IMG/VR virus record: IMGVR_UViG_3300029267_002792
Direction: 5' to 3' (one strand)
Length of the DNA stretch: 64,000 nucleotides
Source of the DNA: a virus
The number at the start of each line of letters is the position of its first letter. Within the stretch, counting starts at the first letter, position 1. The translations under genes and the position numbers were made by a program. Of this stretch, positions 30,376 through 38,045 are shown piece by piece. The notes beneath the pieces are model-generated. The model did not search any database, was not told the DNA's origin, and saw only the letters and a list, made by a program, of their open reading frames with translations.

Positions 30376-30837
30376 TCACCGTCGCTTTGCCCGCTTTGCC
30401 CTGCTCACACGCTTCGGGCGTCTAGTCGCGGAAGATCGCGCCACCTTCGCCTGACGACGCCGTGCCTGTTGCCGGCGCCCTTCACGCGCGTCCAGCATCA
30501 CAGCCTCCGCCTCTTGTGACGTGCTTCCCGCACCCTCGTCCTCTTCGGCTTCCTCCTGGATCAACTTATACAGGGCGTTCCACTCCTGAGTCTTGAGAAT
30601 CGCCCCCTTCTCACGGCGATGCCGCGACTCCGCTTTCTGCCCCTTCGCCTTGAGTTTGATCTTCTCGGGAGCCACCTTCCCAGAGTCCTTCCACAAAAAC
30701 CCGTACTCGATCAGCCGCCGAACCGCGATGTCCAGAGCCTGCTGAACTCGCTGCACCTGCGTTCCGGAGCAGTACCCGGACTTGTAGATCGCTAGAGCAC
30801 AGTGCTTCACCAAAACCGGCATTTGCTTCGCAGGCAT
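30376..30837 (-). CDS. basic hypothetical protein
   Basis: 153-aa ORF between helicase and primase. Confidence 0.5.
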   Translation of the reverse strand: MPAKQMPVLVKHCALAIYKSGYCSGTQVQRVQQALDIAVRRLIEYGFLWKDSGKVAPEKIKLKAKGQKAESRHRREKGAILKTQEWNALYKLIQEEAEEDEGAGSTSQEAEAVMLDAREGRRQQARRRQAKVARSSATRRPKRVSRAKRAKRR

Positions 30838-32213
30838 CAGAAAGGCACGTCTTTCGTGTCGTCACTGCCGCCAAACAGCAGGCCCGCACCATAGGGGTCC
30901 GGGTCAGGTCCCGAACCCGGAGCCGCTCCCGAGCCCGCACCCCCGCCCGACGATCCAACCGCACCTCCTGCACCAGAAGCCCCTAACGCCGCCATAGCCC
31001 CCTTCGGCAACTCATCGAAGTTCATGGTGTCGAAGTCCCAATGGGTCTCAACCTCTTCACCCAACCCTTCCCGGAACTTCAAAGGGAGCTGGACCATCCG
31101 CTTGTCGCGTACCATGTCATCAGTCCGCATCAAACCAAATATGAGGTCCGCATTCCAGCCAGCAGCATCCGACAGAGCGATCTTCTCAGGACCCGCCGAA
31201 GAAAGCTTGCTCCCCTTCACCTCGCGGTTGAACTGGGTGGAGGCGACCAGAGGTATATGGTTCCGCTTGGCCATCCGCTTCAGCTCATCGAACGAATTGG
31301 CCGCGCGCTCGGTCCTCCCATCACCAGGCACCTTGAGTAGGTACGCACCGTCGAGGAAAACGATGTCCGGCTCGGATTCCTCGATAGCCGCCTCCAGCGA
31401 CTCAACGCGAAAATCGAAGTCGCCTCCGATGATGTACAGACCCTCCGCCGATACCACCTCATCAATCCACTCCATCATCTTCTGCTTGACGAAGCTACCA
31501 AGCCGCGCACGCCGAAGCTCGTTGTAGGGGTACTTCTTGTGCACCGACACCCAGCGCTGGAGGATTTTCTGCCGGCCCATCTCAGTCGTGACGAACAGCA
31601 CCCGCCGCTTCTGAACCGCCCAGGCATGATCAGCGAGGATGATAAGAGTCCAGCTCTTCCCCACCCCGAGTCGCGCAACGTACAGCACAAAGTCTTCCGG
31701 CCAGAACCCGAGCGTAGCCTCATTCACCGTCGGCCACGGCGTAAGAATTCCCGTCTCACCTGCCTCCAGACGTTCGTAGTACGCCAAAAATTCCGGCAGT
31801 AGCGAAGGCAGGCTGACCGTCTTGGAAACTCCTATCCCGAGGCGCCTCAGCTCCCGAACGCTATCCTCGAACTGAGCGTAAGCAGCATGAGGCTGACTGG
31901 CGTTGTAGAGTGCATCGATTCGTCCGAGCTGAGTCCCGACAGCATTGTGCAACCGATCGTTCAGGACCTCGTCGATCCACACCTCAGCAGGAACATTAGC
32001 TGGAGGCGACGGAAGCATAACCCCCGTCTTGCTCTCAACCATCGCGGCATCGGGGGTGGTCTGGTACTTACTCACGTAGTCGAGAACGAACACCCACGCC
32101 CTCAACCCCTTACCCTTCAGGCAGTCGCCATCGACCCCCTTCTCAGCCGCCCGGCGAACAGCCGGGAGTCCCTCAGCCAGCACACTGGCAACAAAGATCG
32201 TATTCAGATCCAC
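30837..32213 (-). CDS. dnaB: DnaB-like replicative helicase
   Basis: ARLGVGKS, FVTTEM, VFLDGAYL, STQFNR, LKFREG. Confidence 0.88.
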   Translation of the reverse strand: MDLNTIFVASVLAEGLPAVRRAAEKGVDGDCLKGKGLRAWVFVLDYVSKYQTTPDAAMVESKTGVMLPSPPANVPAEVWIDEVLNDRLHNAVGTQLGRIDALYNASQPHAAYAQFEDSVRELRRLGIGVSKTVSLPSLLPEFLAYYERLEAGETGILTPWPTVNEATLGFWPEDFVLYVARLGVGKSWTLIILADHAWAVQKRRVLFVTTEMGRQKILQRWVSVHKKYPYNELRRARLGSFVKQKMMEWIDEVVSAEGLYIIGGDFDFRVESLEAAIEESEPDIVFLDGAYLLKVPGDGRTERAANSFDELKRMAKRNHIPLVASTQFNREVKGSKLSSAGPEKIALSDAAGWNADLIFGLMRTDDMVRDKRMVQLPLKFREGLGEEVETHWDFDTMNFDELPKGAMAALGASGAGGAVGSSGGGAGSGAAPGSGPDPDPYGAGLLFGGSDDTKDVPF

Positions 32214-32234
32214 GCCCCGCTCCCGTCTACGCCG

Positions 32235-32900
32235 TCAGGTTCCGAGAACCGCTTCTCTCAACGCTCGCTTCTTTCGGTCGTGTAAGTTCGGCCCCGACAC
32301 CTTGAACAAGAGCAGAACATCCAACAGCGACTCCATCGGGTTGTCCTCCAGCGCCCCTTTGTCGAGCCGCGTCGTTACGATCGTTACCCGCCTCCGTGAC
32401 GCTCGATACCGCACCAACTCGATAATCTCCGACAAGGTGAAGAACTTCTCACTCGCGTCCTCCGACCGTAGATCGTCTAAGACAAGCACATCAACCTCGC
32501 GTGCTCGCTCAGCCATGGAGGAGTCCATGTCGTACTCCATGCGACAGCGGATCATCTCCCGCAGCTCCCACAACCGCACGAATAGCACCGTGCTCCCGCG
32601 AGCCCTCGCTTCCTTAGCTATCAGAGCCGCGATGGCCGTTTTCCCCACCCCCTCCGACCCGTAAACAACAAGGCCGGCCCCCCTAGCCACCGCCGCATCG
32701 AGATTCAGAAGGTAGGTCTTGACCTGAGGAAGAGAATCCTTGCTGACGTACTGCAACTTCGACGTCCAGAGATCCTCCGGAATGTTCATCCGCTCCAAGT
32801 CCACACGGTTGAGAAACCGGCGCCCACAGCTGGGGCACGACGTCCCCCGATCCCACTTCGTATGGCAACACGGACACTCAAACCGAGTCGTTTCGGTCAT
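32235..32900 (-). CDS. DnaC/IstB-like helicase loader ATPase
   Basis: Zn ribbon, GSEGVGKT, VLVLDDL, TIVTT. Confidence 0.8.
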   Translation of the reverse strand: MTETTRFECPCCHTKWDRGTSCPSCGRRFLNRVDLERMNIPEDLWTSKLQYVSKDSLPQVKTYLLNLDAAVARGAGLVVYGSEGVGKTAIAALIAKEARARGSTVLFVRLWELREMIRCRMEYDMDSSMAERAREVDVLVLDDLRSEDASEKFFTLSEIIELVRYRASRRRVTIVTTRLDKGALEDNPMESLLDVLLLFKVSGPNLHDRKKRALREAVLGT

Positions 32901-32918
32901 ACCAACCTCCAGGCGCCG

Positions 32919-34442
32919 TCAGCTCCCGAGCCCGAAAGCTTCCAACGCCGCCTTCGCCTTCTTGTACCGCGCCCGCAGCTCCGACGGTGGACGTTCGTCA
33001 TCGTTTTCGTGATCACGCATCCAAGACTTCCACTCCTCCACGACTCCGCGGTGCTCCCCCCACAGAGCAGCTTCGCGGAACAGCGACTCGTGCATGTGAG
33101 AGATCAGCCCGAAGTTGGGCACGTTGCCCGTCCGCTTGAAGTATTTCTGGTTTATCGAATCCCAGTTCTCGAGTGTGTACTGGACTGCTCCGATTGTCGC
33201 GTCCGTGCCATACATGTCCACAAGGCGGTACACCTGACCCCGCGCCTTCGCGTTCCCCGAGGCATTCCAACGGACCACCGGTAGCCGCGAGTCCCGCTCT
33301 TTGAGCAGCTCGGCGTAGACCTTCCACACCTCTCGACCGCCCTGAATAACCTCGTACGAGTACTGGGTCCCACCCTTCAAGTTCTCGCGGCGCTGCGCGT
33401 TCGCATCGGAAGCTTCCATCTGCCCGGTACGGCCCGCTATCAGCCTCTCCTGGCATTCCTGAACCTGGGCGCGACGTTCTCGACGCTTGTTGTTCTTGTC
33501 ATTCTGCACGTCCGCCTTCTGAGCCCCCACCTTCCCGGCCTCCTGAGCACGAGCAAAGCGCTCGTCCCCATCTTGCCCGGAGTCAAGAGCATTGTCAAGA
33601 GCAGACGTGGTTATTCCCTCTTCTACTTCGTCCGTGTTTGTTTCACCAAGTTCGTTTTTGTTCTTGGTATCGTTTCCATATTGTCTTTTGTTCTTGGAAC
33701 TTGGACGTCCAGAAACGTTAGCGTCCGAAGGGTCGGCCATGAGCTTGGGCTGGGGGCCTGATATATGCTCCGGGGGCTCGCCCCCGGTATATTCCTCGGA
33801 CTTATCTATTCCACTCCCCGAAGGGTTATCTATTATCAAGTGCCCCTGTGGCACTACTCCCCCCTCCACTAGTGCCACTGTGGCACTAGGGTAGTGCCTC
33901 TGTGGCACTACCCCGGGCGCTGTCGTGTAGATGCTGGGAATCAGTACGGACCGGTCGCTGCGGTTCAACCACTCCCGGGCCAGCCTAGCTCGGTCGAGCA
34001 CGGGAAGCTTCGACACAGTGGTCTCCTGCTGCTCAGCCAGGTCGGTAAGGTGGTTGCAGAACTCTCTACAGTCCACATCGGCGTAGAAGACCTCCAGGCC
34101 GCCGGGAAGAACGTACCCGAGCTGGAACACAAGCGCCTCGCCAGAGCCGTGGCCATTCTCGGCTCGAATCCACCCAATGCTGCGGAGGTAGTTGATGCGG
34201 CGCTGGACCGTTCTCACGGAGAGTCCCAGGGAATGGGCAATCGTGGTCCGGCAGAGACTGGCGGAGAGGTCGCCACTCTTCGCGGCGTCTCTGAGCTTGC
34301 GAGAGCCCTGAACTCGCGACCGCCAGACGTGCGTTCGTATCTCCTCGTAGATACGCTCTGTGTCCACTCCGAGCGCGGCGGTCATCTTCGACCTGTAGAA
34401 CGCCAAATCCTTGAGCAAGAAACTTTCAGACCCTCCGCGCAT
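32919..34442 (-). CDS. putative replication initiator (N-terminal HTH)
   Basis: IAHSLGLSVRTVQRRINYLRSIGWI; upstream of loader and helicase as in O/P-type modules. Confidence 0.6.
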   Translation of the reverse strand: MRGGSESFLLKDLAFYRSKMTAALGVDTERIYEEIRTHVWRSRVQGSRKLRDAAKSGDLSASLCRTTIAHSLGLSVRTVQRRINYLRSIGWIRAENGHGSGEALVFQLGYVLPGGLEVFYADVDCREFCNHLTDLAEQQETTVSKLPVLDRARLAREWLNRSDRSVLIPSIYTTAPGVVPQRHYPSATVALVEGGVVPQGHLIIDNPSGSGIDKSEEYTGGEPPEHISGPQPKLMADPSDANVSGRPSSKNKRQYGNDTKNKNELGETNTDEVEEGITTSALDNALDSGQDGDERFARAQEAGKVGAQKADVQNDKNNKRRERRAQVQECQERLIAGRTGQMEASDANAQRRENLKGGTQYSYEVIQGGREVWKVYAELLKERDSRLPVVRWNASGNAKARGQVYRLVDMYGTDATIGAVQYTLENWDSINQKYFKRTGNVPNFGLISHMHESLFREAALWGEHRGVVEEWKSWMRDHENDDERPPSELRARYKKAKAALEAFGLGS

Positions 34443-34881
34443 TGCGCTCCTCCTCGATCTCGTTCAACCAATTCTTGGCCGCGGCGACGCGGTGCGTCGT
34501 CGATTCCACACCTACCAACTTCCGGTGGAGCCTCAAGTAGGACTCGTAACCGTAAAAGACGTCCCCTCCACCAGCGCTCTGAAACCCCAGCTCGAACCCC
34601 TCCCCACGCCCCCGCAGCCAGCCCCAACGCATGAGCTTCAGCAGCGCGTCTTCGACCTTTCGGACGCTTACGCCGATGGACATCGCAATCTCATCCAGGT
34701 CTACGGTGGAGACGAACCGAACGACGCCCTCTTCCGGAATCCGTTCTGCGTGGTGTAGCAGCTGCTCCAGCACGGCCTTCGGAACGATCCCGGTCGCACA
34801 CGTAGCGTCCATGGCCGCACAGTGCACGAATACGTTCCCCTCGAAGTCAGTGATCACGGACGACCACCTTCCTTTCGGCAC
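34426..34881 (-). CDS. winged-HTH protein resembling the initiator N-terminus
   Basis: IAMSIGVSVRKVEDALLKLMRWGWL...FELG...GG.VFY parallels the neighbour. Confidence 0.55.
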   Translation of the reverse strand: MPKGRWSSVITDFEGNVFVHCAAMDATCATGIVPKAVLEQLLHHAERIPEEGVVRFVSTVDLDEIAMSIGVSVRKVEDALLKLMRWGWLRGRGEGFELGFQSAGGGDVFYGYESYLRLHRKLVGVESTTHRVAAAKNWLNEIEEERNARRV

Positions 34882-34889
34882 ACTCTTTG

Positions 34890-35028
34890 TGAAAAAAGAG
34901 CGAGCCCGCTAGGAGGCCCAACGAGAACCAGGGGCGCTAACCGAGTGACGTCGGCGCTGAGGAGCGCCGTTGGGCGAGGCTTGCGCCTACGCCAACCCTG
35001 GAACCCGTACTCCTAGCGGGCTCGCTTC
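34890..35028 (-). ncRNA. structured leader RNA upstream of replication genes
   Basis: 17-bp perfect inverted repeat AGCGAGCCCGCTAGGAG/CTCCTAGCGGGCTCGCT enclosing hairpins, then T6. Confidence 0.6.
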
Positions 35029-35147
35029 AAGAGGTACAATATCACATAGCGGCAGATCGGTTAGCATTTTCTTCCCCGTGCCCCTGGTTCAGTAGTTGGG
35101 CGTCCACCAAACCAGCGGACTGATGATGCTCTACTCGGATCGCGGGG

Positions 35148-36212
35148 TCAAGAGTTTTCGCCCTCGTCACCTTCCGGGGCGATTGCCGTCACCGTCAGCT
35201 GGGTTTCAGCAGGCCCCTGGAGACTCGGGAACCCCATCTCAATGCAGACGGGATCGATATCGTCCGGGCACCCTCGGCGACCCGGACGGCACCAGAACGC
35301 GTTCAGAGTCCCCGCATTCTGGATTCTGGCTAGGCCGCGGGCGCAGGCGATGCGGTCGTCGCACGAGGCTTTCCCCGACTCGCAACGTCCTCCCCACGTG
35401 ATCGGCCTACCTGGCAACCATCGGACGCGAGCACCCGGCCTCGACTCTGGTAGCTCGCCTGCGATGAGCCTGCGGGCGTCTGCCACTGTCTGGGGGCACA
35501 CCTTAGTTCCGTAGTGGGAGTTCCACCGGTCCTCAGAGTGCGGGTATCCTTCAGGGCGCGTGCAGTCGGTAGTGAGATTTCGCACCCACGCTGCGCGCCT
35601 GTTGTGGGCCTTGATCATGCCCAAAGCATGTCGCTGAGATCGGCGCAGCGCGGACAGCATGGTTTCTCCGTCCTCGTCACACTCGGTGATGCGTTGCAGA
35701 TGGGGTGTGTCTCGATCGCAGGTCCTCCTCCGGATGTTGCTGACTGTCTGCCAGATACCAACACAGTCTTGGGGTCGACCATCTGCCTCGGCGATGCACA
35801 CACGCAGCAGGGCCGTCAAGAGAGCCTCATCCGATTCCTCGTCCGGTACGTTCCATATCCTCCCCCGGGCATCAGCTGGACTCTCCCACTGGAACCTACG
35901 CACCCGCCGTCTCTTCGGCGGGGGAGCTTTTGCAGCCTCCTCTTCCATCGTCTGGACGCGAGCTTCTGCTTCTGCCTCGAGTCTCTCCCAACGCTCAGCA
36001 CGCGCGCGGTCCCGCTCGTCCCAATAGCGATCAGGGTCGTCGTACTGAGGAGCCGGAGTCTCTATCGGGTCTCCGATCCTCTCCTCCGCCTCGGCGAAGT
36101 CGCAGGAAGACAGAGAGAACGCTACTGACGCTCCTACTGCCATGGCAGCGAGGGCTGCCCCCGCCACCACAACCTTCCTGAATCCGGTAAATGCACTACG
36201 CCAAGTAGCCAT
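35148..36212 (-). CDS. membrane-anchored protein, possible SleB-like cell-wall hydrolase
   Basis: Hydrophobic signal ending LSSC; LLRVCIAEADG...VGIWQTVSN resembles Hydrolase_2. Confidence 0.4.
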   Translation of the reverse strand: MATWRSAFTGFRKVVVAGAALAAMAVGASVAFSLSSCDFAEAEERIGDPIETPAPQYDDPDRYWDERDRARAERWERLEAEAEARVQTMEEEAAKAPPPKRRRVRRFQWESPADARGRIWNVPDEESDEALLTALLRVCIAEADGRPQDCVGIWQTVSNIRRRTCDRDTPHLQRITECDEDGETMLSALRRSQRHALGMIKAHNRRAAWVRNLTTDCTRPEGYPHSEDRWNSHYGTKVCPQTVADARRLIAGELPESRPGARVRWLPGRPITWGGRCESGKASCDDRIACARGLARIQNAGTLNAFWCRPGRRGCPDDIDPVCIEMGFPSLQGPAETQLTVTAIAPEGDEGENS

Positions 36213-36333
36213 GGGGCTACCTCCTTTCTGAGCCCGGCACACCGGGGTCAGAGCTACACGATGTACGGGGTGAGATCGGTGTGCAGAGCTTCAATCACGG
36301 CCTGGAAACATAGCACAGGCCACCCCGATCTTG

Positions 36334-36663
36334 CTACTCACCTGGAACCTTCTCCGCCGCCTCTATCGCCTTCCCCAGGGCTTCAAACGCTTGGTCTAGG
36401 TTGTCTTGGTCAGCGTGTCTACTCCACAGGCGGTAGACCTTGCGAGCCTCGCGAGCGACCGAGCTGCTCAGTTCCTCGTCGTCACTGATGGAGGCCCAAG
36501 CTTCTAGTGTCGGTCGCAACTCGCGGGCAAGGAACGCAATCGAATCGTCTACCCATTCGTCCGTGACGTGCATTCCGTCCGGGCGAGTGCCTGTTTTCAC
36601 GTAGTGTTCGATTTCGACCAGTCGGATCGTGTTTGCTTTGCTGAGCCCGCGAAGCGTTTTCAT
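36334..36663 (-). CDS. hypothetical protein
   Basis: 109-aa ORF. Confidence 0.5.
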   Translation of the reverse strand: MKTLRGLSKANTIRLVEIEHYVKTGTRPDGMHVTDEWVDDSIAFLARELRPTLEAWASISDDEELSSSVAREARKVYRLWSRHADQDNLDQAFEALGKAIEAAEKVPGE

Positions 36664-37095
36664 CCGCCCCTTCTACCACATACCACGGGGATGGTCAATA
36701 CCCGCATGTAGAGGTAGAAGTCGTGGGCGGAGTCACATAGAAGTACACAAGGTTCGTTCCAGCGCTCCAGGTACTCGAGACGTCGATCGATGCCCGAGGT
36801 CGGCTGCGGCGGTGCGGCTCCGCAAACCTTCCCACGGGTCGGCCCTCCTTCTTGAACTCCTCCAACCACCTCAACCAGCACAAGGCCTCGGGGTTCCACT
36901 CCCCGTAGCTCGGAGGAAGAGCAGGGCGAAACACTCTCGACTTGAGCTGAGTTCGGGCGCGAACGTTGTGAGTAAGCCGAACCGGAGGTCTAGGAGATCG
37001 GTATTGGGTTCGCCTGTCGGTGAAGTTTTTTAGTCCTCGTACGTGCGACATCTGCGTCTAATATACGCTACCCAGAAACGAGAACACCATCAAAC

Positions 37096-37365
37096 AGGTC
37101 CATCCTCGCGCGTGCGGGAGAACCGCCTGAAGCGGAGAAGATCGCCCTGGTCCATCCTCACGCCTCACGCGTGCGGGGAACCGGGCACTGTAGCAGACTC
37201 CGCTCTCACAGCACCGGTCCATCCTCACGCGTGCGGGAGAACCACACGCCCGTGCGGAACTTCGAGGAGCGCGACGGGTCCATCCCCACGCGTGTGGGGG
37301 AACCTCACCGCCGATGATGTACAGGCCCTCGGAGGACGGTCCATCCCCACGCGTGTGGGGGAACC
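37096..37365 (-). CRISPR. Cas-less type I-E-like array: 5 repeats, 4 spacers
   Basis: 29-nt palindromic repeat GGTTCCCCCACACGCGTGGGGATGGACCG; three 32-nt spacers and one 24-nt; decays toward the left. Confidence 0.92.
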
Positions 37366-37370
37366 CCTGT

Positions 37371-37481
37371 GCCACGCTGAGCCGAAAAAAAACGGTTCTC
37401 CTCCACACACATGAGTTCCTCGTTCGAGACGAGGCAAGAACACCGCGCTCTCACGCAGTGCCACCGACTGGAATATCGGCA
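37371..37481 (-). repeat. CRISPR leader copy 1, identical inverted copy at 53819-53929
   Basis: 111-bp identity checked base by base. Confidence 0.9.
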
Positions 37482-37498
37482 AGCGGTGGTATTGTCAA
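37470..37498 (-). promoter_or_regulatory. promoter for CRISPR array 1
   Basis: TTGACA-N17-TATTCC. Confidence 0.55.
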
Positions 37499-37512
37499 CT
37501 ATTTTTTAGGCT

Positions 37513-37983
37513 TCAGAACAGGTCTTCTGTCGTGCCGATCTGAGGGGACGTTTCCCGATCTCGGGCGAACGGAGACTTCCGAATGACTTCCAAGGCTGAC
37601 GAAGAAGTGCTCACGACGTAGACCCGCACGTTGGTGGTGTGCTCGGAGTGGCTGCCGAGGAAGACCTTCAACCCCAGCGGTCCAAAAGGGCCGGCAATTC
37701 CATCCTCGCCGTCCACGAAGAAGACCTTGACCCGTCGCGTGGCGTCGTACTCGCTCGGATCTGTGACGTAAGGCTTTCCCGTCTTTTTATCCGTCCGGAT
37801 ACGACTTGCGACAGATCTATAAAGCAGCTCCAGGACTTCCAGGGGCACAATCCAGTCGGACGGGTCCGGAATCCCTAATGTCCCTGCCAGCCGAACTTTG
37901 GTGGGTTTGTCACAGCAGGGGCAGCGACCCACTGAGCCTTCGTAGATCAACCTTTCCTTGAAACGAGCTTTGGACTTCGACAT
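37513..37983 (-). CDS. hypothetical protein with CPCC motif
   Basis: Start trimmed to MSKSK. Confidence 0.5.
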   Translation of the reverse strand: MSKSKARFKERLIYEGSVGRCPCCDKPTKVRLAGTLGIPDPSDWIVPLEVLELLYRSVASRIRTDKKTGKPYVTDPSEYDATRRVKVFFVDGEDGIAGPFGPLGLKVFLGSHSEHTTNVRVYVVSTSSSALEVIRKSPFARDRETSPQIGTTEDLF

Positions 37984-38045
37984 CTCCACTCTCTGACTCA
38001 AAGGAGCTTTAGATTCCAGTATCGCCCATCGAACCCGAGCTACCA

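Noticed and set aside
36660-37051. Overlapping ORFs just downstream of array 1
   Set aside because: Could not decide which frame, if any, is real; no motifs
37125-37148. 24-nt spacer resembling dnaB EKIAL codons near 31174-31197
   Set aside because: Only about 17/24 identity, opposite orientation, within chance
37043-37586. ORFs spanning CRISPR array 1
   Set aside because: Artefacts of stop-free repeats and spacers
37513-37983. Gene next to the array as a Cas effector
   Set aside because: Only about 156 aa, with no RuvC, HNH, RAMP or Cas1/2 motifs
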